In this document: piece by piece, positions 25,779-38,627 of the stretch
Layout: each line of letters begins with the position of its first letter
How positions within the stretch are numbered: position 1 is the stretch's first letter
Assembly: GCA_964016885.1 (NCBI GenBank)
Contig: OZ024743.1
Location: 243,474,001 to 243,538,000, forward strand
DNA: 64,000 nt
From: Eledone cirrhosa
Taxonomy: Eukaryota
Direction: 5' to 3'
Notes under the pieces: model-generated
Seen by the model: only the letters and a program-made list of their open reading frames with translations
The model's database searches: none
What the model was told of the DNA's origin: nothing
Position numbers and translations under genes: made by a program

Positions 25779-27563
25779 GGACTACATGTGGATATTCAGA
25801 TACACATCACAGACTACATGTGGATATTCAGATACACATCACAGACTACATGTGGATATTCAGATACACATCACAGACTACATGTGGATATTCAGATACA
25901 CATCACAGACTACATGTGGATATTCAGATACACATCACAGACTACATGTGGATATTCAGATACACATCACAGACTACATGTGGATATTCAGATACACATC
26001 ACAGACTACATGTGGATATTCAGATACACATCACAGACTACATGTGGATATTCAGATGCACATCACAGACTACATGTGGATATTCAGATACATATCACAG
26101 ACTACATGTGGATATTCAGATACACATCACAGACTACATGTGGATATTCAGATACATATCACAGACTACATGTGGATATTCAGATACACATCACAGACTA
26201 CATGTGGATATTCAGATACACATCACAGACTACATGTGGATATTCAGATACACATCACAGACTACATGTGGATATTCAGATGCACATCACAGACTACATG
26301 TGGATATTCAGATACATATCACAGACTACATGTGGATATTCAGATACATATCACAGACTACATGTGGATATTCAGATACACATCACAGACTACATGTGGA
26401 TATTCAGATACATATCACAGACTACATGTGGATATTCAGATACACATCACAGACTACATGTGGATATTCAGATACACATCACAGACTACATGTGGATATT
26501 CAGATACACATCACAGACTCATCATCATCATCATCATCATCAACGTTTAACGTCCGTGTTCCACGCTTGCATGGGTTTGGACGGGGGTAGTCCCACTTGA
26601 GGCAAGAGTGATTGTCTTGCTCGCATAGGACTGTCTGGCAGGTTTTCTACAGTTGGATGCCCTTCCTAACACCAACCACATTTACAGTGTGGGTCTGGGA
26701 GGTTTTTACCGTGTTGACTACACGGCCACATTACAGCGTGGACTGTGTGTTTTTTTGTCGTGACACATGTGGATATTCAGATACACATCACAGACTACAT
26801 GTGGATATTCAGATACACATCACAGACTACATGTGGATATTCAGATACACATCACAGACTACATGTGGATATTCAGATACACATCACAGACTACATGTGG
26901 ATATTCAGATACACATCACAGACTACATGTGGATATTCAGATACACATCACAGACTACATGTGGATATTCAGATACACATCACAGACTACATGTGGATAT
27001 TCAGATACACATCACAGACTACATGTGGATATTCAGATACACATCACAGACTACATGTGGATATTCAGATACACATCACAGATTACATGTGGATATTCAG
27101 ATACACATCACAGACTACATGTGGATATTCAGATACACATCACAGACTACATGTGGATATTCAGATACATATCACAGACTACATGTGGATATTCAGATAC
27201 ACATCACAGATTACATGTGGATATTCAGATACACATCACAGACTACATGTGGATATTCAGATACACATCACAGACTACATGTGGATATTCAGATACATAT
27301 CACAGATTACATGTGGATATTCAGATACACATCACAGATTACATGTGGATATTCAGATACATATCACAGACTACATGTGGATATTCAGATGCACATCACA
27401 GACTACATGTGGATATTCAGATACACATCACAGATTACATGTGGATATTCAGATACACATCACAGATTACATGTGGATATTCAGATACACATCACAGACT
27501 ACATGTGGATATTCAGATACATATCACAGATTACATGTGGATATTCAGATACATATCACAGAC
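25779..27563. repeat. 32-bp minisatellite (ACTACATGTGGATATTCAGATACACATCACAG), ~48 copies, interrupted
   Basis: Highly homogeneous 32-nt period in CMPK1 intron. Confidence 0.97.
26519..26766 (-). mobile_element. 5'-truncated RTE 3' UTR inserted in the minisatellite
   Basis: (CAT)n tail followed by the reverse complement of the RTE 3' UTR at 35433-35790, with one copy of the internal repeat. Confidence 0.92.
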
Positions 27564-28259
27564 ATACCCATACATAACATAGACATACTTACCCTCACAT
27601 ATCACACACTTGCACACAAAATAATTCTGCTATGGAAAGTCACAAACACACACACAAAGACAAGCATACTCACACAAATTTGCACGTTCACATAGAAACA
27701 TGCACACACACACACTCACACACATATACACAATAAAACAAAGAACCCACTGCTATACACACATACACACACCAGTGTGCACAGAGCAACAATATAAAAC
27801 TCAGAGACATGCATGTGTGCGCACACACGGAAGCAATAATGCACACCTACCAATTTCACCCCATTGGCGCACACCCATGACACCACTTGACCCTCTACTT
27901 CGGCCCCCACTCCCAAATGCTGGACCACTTACCTACCTCCCCAACCTTAACCTTTTCCAAACTTTCCTGTGCTCTCCCTATCTGATGAAGGACTACTGTT
28001 TGAAGCACCAAACCCTCCTTCATTTCCTCCTAAACGTGATCATAATAAGACTTTGTATTTTTGCATCGAGTTTGTTTTATTTGTTCAACTATACACACAC
28101 ACACATACATATATGTGTGTGTGTGTATGTGTAATAATAATAATAATAATGATGAAAATTATTGTGTACAGTGCTCATGTGCACTATGTGTATATATATA
28201 TATATATACTCACTCCTACCCACACACATGGTTAAAATGAATTTCTTTTTGTTTTTCAG

Positions 28260-28406
28260 AAATATGAATATGGACATTTGTCTGCTGGAGATCTTCTCCG
28301 AGCTGAACGTAGCAGCCCTAACTCTCAGTATGGAGCATTGATTGATAAACATATTAAAGAAGGCAGCATTGTACCTGTTAAAATCACTTGTGCTCTGCTT
28401 AAGAAG
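28260..28406 (+). CDS. CMPK1: UMP-CMP kinase exon 2 ([49 protein letters not shown])
   Basis: HLSAGDLLR and G.IVP motifs; tttttcAG acceptor, GT donor; 147 nt, phase 0/0. Confidence 0.95.
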
Positions 28407-29322
28407 GTATAGAATTTATTAGAATTTGGTTCATCCATAACATGGAAGATAGTAACTCAGTGGTGTAAGCTAACAACTCCACTTTAATTTTAGAGCTTTA
28501 CCACTGCTTATAGTGGAAAGCCATACTGCCTTGCTTGGAACTTTCTCTCCTATGCGGTGGCCTCAGCTGGTGTGAGGTGCTAGACATAATATTCCACCTG
28601 GTTTCACACCAACATCCAGTCGAGTGGTTCCCAACTTTTTCACAACAGAGGATTTCTTTTATGTAAACGAATTTTGCTATGGATCTCTCAGATTGTTTGA
28701 TAGTGAAAATAATCAAAAAAGCAAAGTGCTTATATTTAGAGAAGAATGAACGTTCTATAATTTTTTACAATCTACTTGGAATTTTTAACCTAATTCATGG
28801 ACACCCAGTACTTTTGCAGATCCCAGGCTGCTGCTCTAGTCCTAGCAAACATTCAAACCTGACATCCAGTTCAGGTTTCCAGACATTGAACTGCAGATGT
28901 CATGAATGTTGTCATGAATGCAAAACATATGACAACAACCATAACGTTGTAATCCTGGACGAGGTACATAACTCTGACTGCTCCAGTTTGGTTAACTGAC
29001 GTGATCTGTGCATGACACAAACAATGCTATTCTTCAAAAATCTTCTGCATTCATAGTCCATGTTTAAACACAACCATCATACAATCTGTCCTTCGCTCTG
29101 AGAAAGAAACTCTTTGTTGCCAGCAGAAGTAACAGCTTCCTGAGCTTACCAACAAATCCAAGGAACATATCATCATCATATTTCCCTTTGTTCATGTTAG
29201 TATGAGTTGGACGGGCTGTTTTAGTCTAAATCAGTTTTTATTCAGAATTACTACCCTCCCGGATGAATCATAGGATCATGTTATGCTCATATTTAATTAT
29301 TTTAATTTTGTATATCTTTTAG

Positions 29323-29460
29323 GCAATGGAAACCAGTGACAAAAAAAATTTTCTTATTGATGGATTCCCTCGCAACAAAGATAACATGGATGGCTGGAAT
29401 GAAGAGATGAATGAAACAGCTGATGTAAAACTAGTGCTCTTTTTTAACTGTAGTGAAGAC
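29323..29460 (+). CDS. CMPK1: UMP-CMP kinase exon 3 (AMETSDKKNFLIDGFPRN...FFNCSED)
   Basis: FLIDGFPRN adenylate-kinase-family signature; AG and GTAAGT boundaries; 138 nt. Confidence 0.95.
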
Positions 29461-29527
29461 GTAAGTTTAATAATATATTTCCTTAAATCTTCTGTTAATA
29501 TTATTGTCGTTGATGATGTAATAACAT

Positions 29528-32185
29528 TCACTCTGTCTAGCCCCGCCGGCTCGAGCTGGGAAGGGAAGCCCGCAGCGTCCAAGCCATGCTTTATGACCTC
29601 GTTGAGGGCAGCATGACGTGGAAGGCGGGCGGCACTGTGGCGACAGGAAAGCGAGTGGAGGCTGAAAGAGTCCACGGTGGATCTGCAGCGACATTGGTGT
29701 GGCTCACAGATCCAGAGGCCGAGCCTCAAGGAAACGCCAATGCGCAGGCTATTGTTGTCTAGCTGTGTGCCAGTGGAGAAGGAGGGCAGGGCATGGAGCC
29801 AGGCACTACTGTGGGGTTTGGAGGCCGCACGAAAAAGAGGAAGGCGGTGCTGGTCGAGCTGGCGCATGAGCCTGTCTGAGGCCAGGCTGCACTGGATGGC
29901 ATCCCAAGTGCTTTGGGGGGGACTTGACGTCAACAGGGGGAGAAGGAGGAGGGACGTCTACTGGGCTAAGTCCCAGCCGGTCCCACGTCTCACAGGCGGC
30001 CTCACGTTCTCTGAACACAGAGGGTTCTATTGTGTTTTGAAGAACCCTGCTGACGATGCAGCACGAGGTTACCGACGAAAGATACGCCAGCAAACCCAGC
30101 AAGATCAAGGACCGGAGGCCGAGGCCGCCATACCTGACAGGTAAAGCGGCCTATTACCATCCAATGTCGTCAAACTTGACTGTTGTTCAGATATAAGTAT
30201 CGAGGTCAGCAAGGAAAGATGTGTGGGTGTAGCACGGAGCGCTCCAAAGGGTATAGAGGAGCTTCGGCACGGTGAAGCAGTTCCTCAACAGAAAGAGAGC
30301 TGGGTGGCTGTCGATCAACCCCAGTCGGCTCGTGAGAGTCTGGAGTTGTTGGAGCCTCAACCTGATGGTGGAGTGGATGGCCGGTGGGTGGATCGGTGAC
30401 CCAAGGATCAGGACATCCTCTTTGGGTATCACCTGTACCTGGTGGAGAATGGACCGCACGTCCAAGACGGAGGCTGCAAAGCTCTCAGCATTGTCGCTGA
30501 CATTCACCACCTCCGAGTTGACCTGGAGGCCGATTTCCGCCAGGGCAGGAACCACCGATTGTAGGTCATGGCAGACAGTCTGTACGGGCCTGCCCAACGT
30601 AGCATCATCCAGATACCAAACGTTGAGAGGGGCTGTGATACTCCAGGCGATATGGTCTATACCAAGGGCAAACAGGAGGGGGTCCCATAGGGTCGCCCTG
30701 TTGAACCCCAGTAGACGAAGGTATGACTGTATCAGCAGCAAGGAGCATGCTCGGGGCTCCATATGACAGGTAGGCAGAGGGGGCTAGGCTGAGGCAGGCA
30801 TCGAGCAGATGGTCCCGGCGCAAGCAGTTGAAGGCATTCCTCGTGTCAAGCTTGACAATGAGGTGCCTGGAATCCCTGGATGTTGGTTCCGGTGGGCAGC
30901 TGTTGAAGAACTCCCTGGTTGTATGTGCGGCCCACCCCACAGCCACCGGACACGCCGACAGCCAGTTACACCGGACTGAACTCCTCACCCAGTTCGGGTG
31001 TTATGGACCTGCAGACCACCTTGGCATCCAGCTTCCGGAAGACATTGCCCACAGCGATGGGGCATATTCCACCCTCTTTCTTCCTGAGAGCAGTGAGGCT
31101 AGCCGAAAAAAAAAGGCCTCGGGCATGAGGGTCCAGGGTGCCATGGATAAGCCTATTGGTGAGCGCCACAATTGCACTCAGAAGGCGGCGCCCGGCCTCA
31201 GCAGAGAAGGGGGATAACAACTCCTTTAGGTGGCCTGGTCAGACACCATCAGCACCTCTGCTGCTGCTAGCTCGGAAGGACTTGATGGCAGACATGATGT
31301 CTGCATCAGAAGCCACAAGGAGCAAGTTGGGGTCGGTGGGGGTATGGGTCTGAGATCAGCGGGTGGCTCAGGGTGTTTGAGTCGCAGGGCAGCCAGGACC
31401 TCCTCGGTGGGTTGGAGGAGTGTCCTCTGAAGCAACCACTCTGACTGTGGCCGAAACATCACCCATGATTAGTTTAGCATTTACGCAAACGCTTGGCACT
31501 GGCCTCAGGGGTGGAGGATTGAGGGTACCCGAGGATGGAGTGTGCGCTGTCCCTGGCCACGCTTGGAATGGCCGCTTGCCCAAAAGACAAAACATTGGCC
31601 TTGACAAAGGCTGCTGTCAACCGGCCGCCTCGGTCAGTGCCAGAGCTGGGGAAGCTGAGGGCGAGTGGGGCGAAATAAAAGAGTCGCTCCCAGTTGCTGG
31701 CTCGATTGGAATCCAAGGCGTTCTCAATCGAGGAAGTGAGGGCATCGGCTACCAGCACCCGGGCCACTTTCGGGATCCTGAGTGGGATCATCCGGAGCCG
31801 CCTGAGCGACGCTTGGGCGTCAGGCAAGCTCGCTGTCTCATCTGGTGGTGTGCCAGACGGCCGTGGCTGGGCAGACGAGGGGAAAAGGCAGTTTCTGCAT
31901 GCTGCGAGGGCACTGGAAGCTCAACGTGTCAAGCCAACACAGGTGAGGTGGTGGAAGCAGCCACACCCCGAACAGTTCCGACCCTTTTCCGTCTGTTAGT
32001 GGTGCTGCTGGTGTCGGTTTGGGGGGATGGGGCATAGGGCACCGAGCGGCATCAGGGGTGTGTGGGTGGAAGGGAAAGTGCTGGTAAGAGGGCCTCATAG
32101 CTCACCTATATCAGATATAGGGGCGTCAGAGGACAAGAGAGAAAAGAAGGGGTGCATGGAGGTGGACAAGAAGAAGGTAGAATGT
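29528..32185 (-). mobile_element. CRE-clade non-LTR retrotransposon, frameshifted and 3'-truncated
   Basis: GC-rich. Motifs across frames: ALRKKEGGICPIAVG, KLDTRNAFN, GVQQGDPMGP, WYLDD, SAWLHALP, CRC..VD..H.LSC..RH..LN zinc knuckle. Confidence 0.85.
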
Positions 32186-32320
32186 TAGCAAATGAATGAG
32201 TGAATGGATGAATGTACAAAAAAGTGGCTTTTAAACATAACCTCTTTTCCTCTATCATCTGTTATATATAGAAACATATGTATGTTAAATTTTCTCACCC
32301 ATATATATATATATATATAT

Positions 32321-32580
32321 AAATTAGGTAGTAACATCTGCTTATGCGTTATTTGACTAAATATAATTAATCTGTTAGTTGGGATTTTAAAAAACCTTCC
32401 GAATGGAAAAAGGATGAGTATTGACGTACATAGGACACAAACCCACATCTTTGGTTTGCCGAACCGATGTGCTACCATTACTAATTCTATTTAGTCAAAT
32501 ATAGCATAAGCACATGTTACTACCTAATTTTCAAATTTGCTCGCCATTTGTAAACAAAGCCTGCTTTGTGTTTCCCCATT
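32321..32580. mobile_element. Second, diverged copy of the tRNA-headed (TA)n-flanked element, with inversion
   Basis: Reverse complement of 32402-32481 matches 11531-11610; 32321-32368 is inverted against ~32484-32530. Confidence 0.7.
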
Positions 32581-32595
32581 TATATATATATATAT

Positions 32596-35500
32596 AAAGA
32601 CAGATTCTACGAGACACTGATGCTCGCTACCTCCCAAATAACCGACAGTGACTATATAGTTATTGCAGGCGACCTAAATGGTCACGTTGGACAACATTGT
32701 GACGGCTATGACGGAATCCATGGAGGCTATGGGTTCGGTACTAGAAATGAGGAAGGCTCCAGAATCCTGGAATTCTGTGACGCAAATAACTTAACTATCT
32801 GTAACACTAACTTCAAAAAACGAGACAATCACTTGATCACCCATAGATCGGGGGAACACACAAGCCAGGTAGATTATATCCTTACCAGAAGACGTGACAG
32901 AGTGTCTGTTGTTAACACTAAATCCCACCCCCATGAAGAATTCACCTCCCAACATAGACTGATAATTAGCGACCTCATAGTCAGGACGAGACGTACTAGA
33001 CAGCGGAAGAGGACTATCCTCAGGAGAAAAATATGGAAGCTAAAGGACCCCATAGCCAGAAATAAATTTCAAAGCATATTACTTGACGCTTTCGACAGTA
33101 AGGAAGAGCAATTAGAGTCGTATAATATAGAGGAACAGTGGGAATTCCTGAGAGCAAACCTGCTGACGGCGGCAGACGAAGTCTGTGGCTGGAGCAGGCC
33201 TGTAGGTAGGAGGAGAGTAACATGGTGGTGGAACAGTAAGGTGGAGGAGTCAATTAAGGCCAAAAAGCAGGCTTGGAAAGTATGGCGGGATGGGGGAAGT
33301 AGAGAAGACTATCAAGTGGCCAGGAGGGAAGCTAGGAGACAAGTGTACTTCGCAAGAAGGGAAGCAGAGGAAAGAAAGTTCAAGCATGTTCTACAACGTG
33401 AGGACCAAAAACGTGAGGTGTTCAGGATTGCCAGGCAATGTGTCAAGGAAAACCGTGATATTGTCGGGGAGAAGTGTGTACTTAACGATGATGGCATACT
33501 TGCCATCACCGACGCTGATAAGAAGGTAGCTTGGAAGTGTCACTACGAAAGGCTTCTAAATGAGGAGAACAAATGGGAGAAAGACAGTCTCCCCCAGATC
33601 GATCCAATAGAGGGACCAGCAGTGTTAGTTGAAGGTAGTATAATAAGTAAGGCAATCAAAGATATGAAGACGGGTAAGGCGGCTGGTCCTTCGGAAATAG
33701 TTGCTGAGATGCTGAAGGCATCTGGTTCGGTGGGACACACCATGGTCACCCGGATAGTTAACCAAGTCGTACAGAATGGGGTTGTTCCGAAGGAATGGCG
33801 TAGCAGCATCATCGTTAACTGCTATAAGGGAAAAGGAGATGCCCTAGATAGGAGTAACTATAGAGGCATTAAATTAATCGACCAGGTCATGAAGGTCACG
33901 GAAAAAGTAATAGCGCAACTAATCAGAGAGAGAATTGATCTAGATGAAATGCAGTTCGGGTTTGTGTCAGGCAAAAGTACCACAGACGCTCTTTTCATTG
34001 TACGACAACTACAGGAGAAGTACCTAGCTAAAAGTAAACCCCTATACTTAGCTTTCGTCGACTTGGAGAAAGCCTTCGACAGAGTCCCCCGTTCCATTAT
34101 CTGGTGGTCTCTTAGAAAACTAGGTGTTGACGAATGGCTTGTGAGAGCTATACAAGCCATGTATAAAGAAACAGTCAGTAAGGTTAGAATTAACAACGAA
34201 TATAGTGAAGAGTTTAGCGTAAAAGTTGGTGTCCATCAGGGCTCTGTTCTTAGCCCCCTACTATTTATTATTGCCCTTCAGGCTATAACAGAGGAGTTCA
34301 AGACCGGCTGCCCATGGGAACTCCTATACGCAGATGATCTAACGCTCATAGCTGAATCAATGACCGAACTAGAGAAGAAATTCCAAACATGGAAGCACGG
34401 CCTAGAATCAAAAGGCCTTAAAATTAACCTGGCTAAGACTAAAGTTCTAGTTTGTAGGAAAGAAAATAAGGCGGCGGTCCCATCTGGGAAATGGCCATGC
34501 TCAGTGTGCAGGAAAGGCGTAGGTAGAAACTCCATTTTATGTCCCAAATGCAAAGTATGGGTGCATAAAAGATGTAGTGGGATCACAGGTAAGCTAACTA
34601 AGAACATAGATTTTACATGTGGCCGGTGCTCTGGTGCAATAAGTAGCAGCAAGTGCCCACAAAATACTAGCTCCTTCAACTGCGCAGAGGGTTCTATAGA
34701 AATAGTGGACAGCTTCCGTTATCTGGGTGACAAAATCAGCAGTGGGGGAGGGTGCTCTGAAAGTACAGTAGCTAGAGTCAGAACTGGATGGAAAAAGTTC
34801 AGAGAGCTTTTACCACTATTAGCCGCTAGAGGGTTCTCCCTAAAAATGAAAGGCAGGTTATACGATGCCTGCATACGAACAGCAATGCTGCATGGCAGTG
34901 AGACCTGGGCATTGTGTGCAGAGGATATACGCAGACTAGAGAGGAACGAAGCTTGCATGCTCCGCTGGATGTGCAATAGTAATATATGTGAACGGCAAAG
35001 CATAAACGAACTAAGGAAAAAATTAGAAATAAGAGGGATCAGATGTTGTTTACTCGAGAGAAGGCTACGTTGGTACGGTCACGTGATGCGCATGAAAGAC
35101 GACAGCTGTATAACAAAGTGCAGGGTAATAAAGATAGACGGTAGCCACGGAGTAGGCAGACCCAGAAAAACATGGGACGAGCTGATAAATTCCGACCTCA
35201 CACGCTTACACCTCTCCAAGACAATGTCACTGGACCGAGACCTTTGGCGGTACTCAGTAATAGAGAAGACCCGCCTTACCTAAATACAAAGTAAAAACCT
35301 ACTACAGTCAGTAGGCATCTCTATCAAAACACACCCCCGTCCCACCACCTCCACCCCACCCACACCGCCCCTTTCAATGTAAAGTTATGTTGGTCCCACA
35401 ACATCCAGGCCGAAACAAATGAGATCGTGTAGGTGTCACGACAAAAAACACACAGTCCACGCTGTAAATGTGGCCGTGTAGGCAACACGGTAAAAACCTC

Positions 35501-35792
35501 CCAGCCCCACACTGTAAATGTGGTTGGTGTTAGGAAGGGCATCCAGCTGTAGAAAACCCGCCAGACAGTCCACGCTGTAATGTGGCCGTGTAGGCAACAC
35601 GGTAAAAACCTCCCAGCCCCACACTGTAAATGTGGTTGGTGTTAGGAAGGGCATCCAACTGTAGAAAACCCGCCAGACAGTCCTATGCGAGCAAGACAAC
35701 CACTCTTGCCTCAAGTGGGAAAACCCCCGTCCAAACCCATGCAAGCGTGGAACACGGACGCTAAACCTGATGATGATGATGATGATGATGAT
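32596..35792 (+). mobile_element. Young RTE-clade LINE, 5'-truncated within the APE endonuclease; ORF open to stop at 35283; (GAT)n tail
   Basis: GDLNGH/SQHR (APE), QFGF, FVDLEKAFD, GVHQGSVLSP, YADD, YLG; inserted in (TA)n. Confidence 0.96.
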
Positions 35793-35873
35793 AAATATAT
35801 ATATATATATATGTATAAATGGAAAAAATGAAACGAAATTTCATTTCTCACTCTTAGTACGGCTGTTACTTAA

Positions 35874-36309
35874 ATATAAGTATGTATACGTACATACATA
35901 TATGTATACAGACGTACAGTAGTATGTATATATATACAATTCTTCTCTTATTACTGTTATATGCTTGTTCAATTATACCCAAAATTCGAGGATTTTATTT
36001 AAACCTTCTCTCTAACTACCCCATAGATTATTTTATAACCTTCTCGCTCGTTTTCTAAAATAACCTGACGATAGCTAATAAGCTTGAAACTAGTACATCG
36101 TTCCTTTGTCAGTGTTGAACAAAAGGGCAACGATGGTTGCTAAACACTGTATGTCTTAATTCGGGCTGTTTGTTTACAAACAAACCGAGCATTATAATAA
36201 ATGTTCGGTAAACCCATACGTACATATATATATGTGTGCATGTATGTATATATATACATACTACTGTACGTCTGTATACATATATGTATGTACGTATACA
36301 TACTTATAT
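35874..36309. mobile_element. Penelope-terminus-like remnant: 65-bp perfect inverted repeats enclosing a hammerhead-like motif
   Basis: 35874-35938 is the reverse complement of 36245-36309; motif at 36062-36102. Confidence 0.55.
36062..36102 (+). ncRNA. Degenerate minimal hammerhead motif
   Basis: AAC CTGACGA T-AGCT-AATA-AGCT-T GAAAC TAGTAC ATC GTT; ATC in place of GTC fits CpG decay. Confidence 0.55.
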
Positions 36310-37369
36310 ATATATATATATAAGTGGAAGCTTAGTAAAATCGAATATTTGGCTGTGGGCAAGCAAAGTCGACCTACAATAGGAATGAGTTAGCAAAGCA
36401 ATCAATAAGTAATAACATATGTTTAAATAGCTTGACAAATTGAACATTGCGGTTAGGCAAAACCTAAACACACAATACCAAAATAACGAAAAAACTAACA
36501 GGTTAAAAAGATTATATATATATATTTATATATATATATATGTATGTATATGTATATATTATGTATATGTATATATTACAGTTTTTTCTGGCTGAGTAAT
36601 GACAATAGGCTAGGGGGGAATGTGATTATAGTAGTAGAAAAATGGGTATCAAGGTAATTGCTGTAAATAGAGTGAATGACAGAATCATCAAATTTAGACT
36701 AGTACTAAATTATATCTGCATATGCACCTCAATCAGGACTGTCAGACGGACTAAAAGACAGGTTCTACAAATCCCTACATATGTTCTCTGCAATCACAGC
36801 CCATGTTTCACTACCATGCAGTATCTCACTTTGCACACAGGCATCACACAGTCGTCTTTTGTACGTCTCCTAGATAACAGAAGCTATCGACCACTTCTAT
36901 AGGTCCTTCCTGAAATAAATGTTCATATAGTCACAGCTGTTCTCTCTAATCCATCTCACATTCATAGGTGCTCGTAACTATGAACATTTCCCTTTTACCA
37001 GATGTTCAGGACCTTTAGTTTCTGGAAATCTTTTTTCACTATTCTTTTTTATACTTGCCAAATATAAGTAGTTTATATGCAATTTTTGAATGATCCATTT
37101 TATTCATCTTAGAGTAGCAGTTGTTAGAGACCCTGATCACATTCCTTCCTTCATTTTGAAGTGTCATCTTGTAATTTTTCACCTGAGCACCATATTAGCA
37201 CAAGCAAGCTTTTCAAACCCCAATAATCATGTAGTTCCTAACTAGTTGTAGTGCACCTGAGCACTTTACACAATAATTTCATTATTATTATTATTAGATT
37301 ATGTCTGAAGCAGCATTTTTGTGAACTGTTAATTTGTGATCCCCCTTATAGTTGGATATATTGATATTT

Positions 37370-37730
37370 CATTTCATGTGTCTAACACACGTGGGCATGC
37401 CAGCAAAGTCAGAAAACAGCACAGCTCCCATGACTTTCGGAAACATTTTTTCACGCTCAGAGTTTCTGAAGCATGGAACAAACTACCTGCATCAGTTATT
37501 AGCTGTTAAGACACTGCATCCTTTAAAACCTCCATGCTTCCTGAGATTCACCAACACTATACCTGATATCCCCCCTCCATACACATGCACACATGTATTT
37601 CATGACTCGTACACTGTTCATTTCCCTGACATTTGTACATTATTCTATGTACTATACATGCACCTTTGATGAGTTGTAGTGCACCTGAGCAATGTACACA
37701 ATAATTTCATTATTACTTCATTATTATTAT
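37370..37730 (+). mobile_element. CR1/L2-like 3' fragment with adjacent inverted tail copy (37840-37950)
   Basis: Same sequence family as 17325-17930; (ATT)n tail. Confidence 0.85.
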
Positions 37731-38550
37731 TATATATACACAATGTACACTATAGTTAGGTATATTAATATTCCATTTGATATATATATACAATATATAT
37801 TATAGTTGGGTATATTAATATTTCATTTGATATATACACAATAATAATAATGAAATTATTGTGTACAGTGCTCAGGTGCACTACAACTCATCAAAGGTGC
37901 ATGTATAGTACATAGAATAATGTAATGTACAAATGTCAGGAAAATGAACAATGTACACTATAGTTGGATATATTGATATTTCATTCGATATCAAAGCTAT
38001 TCCATTTTGGATTGCTTACCTGGCAACCAAGTGCCTCCTATTTGAGAATCACTGCCTTAGAGATTGAAGAAAAAAAAGTGATTTGGATATTTTCACAGAT
38101 GGTCACTGAAACTGTGAAATCTTTTTGCTTTTGATTCCAATACTACAGAAATTACATCATCATCATCATCATACGTCCGCTTTTAAATTAAATTCTGAGG
38201 CAGTTGTGTAAATCTAGTTTAGATAGGTTACTGTATACGTATACCTGCATGCCTTAAATGACTATAAGAGTTGGTACAGGTAATCTGACCATAAAATATT
38301 GCTTCAAAAAGGACCCCTTGCTGAGTATGAAGCTTTTCATTGGGCCCACAAGATTAACCTTAACCCTCGCCTCAGGAGACGGCACACAAAATAAATTTCA
38401 GCAGTAAAGTTCACATTTTTAGTAGTTATTGTAAAACATCTTTTAATTTCAAGACCTCAAATTAATGTAGATATTGATGTGTGTGTATGTTCTTTTATTT
38501 TTTATCTTTATCTTTATCTTTCATGCAAGTATTTGTTTCTTCAATTTTAG

Positions 38551-38627
38551 GTTTGTGTAAACCGTTGTTTAAAACGAGGAGAAACGAGTGGTAGAATTGA
38601 TGACAATGTTGAATCACTAAAAAAACG
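38551..38627 (+). CDS. CMPK1: UMP-CMP kinase exon 4 (VCVNRCLKRGETSGRIDDNVESLKK-R)
   Basis: LID motif RG..SGR.DDN; AG/GT boundaries; 77 nt, phase 0/2. Confidence 0.95.

Noticed and set aside
25710-27695. Six 250-320 aa ORFs
   Set aside because: Translations of the stop-free 32-bp minisatellite; no evidence of coding function.
27982-28012. Hammerhead-like CTGATGA-AGGAC..GTTT-GAAGC
   Set aside because: GAAA box and cleavage triplet are broken and there is no stem I; at best a decayed relic.
29319-29527. Antisense ORF overlapping CMPK1 exon 3
   Set aside because: Read-through of the truncated CRE frame into host sequence.
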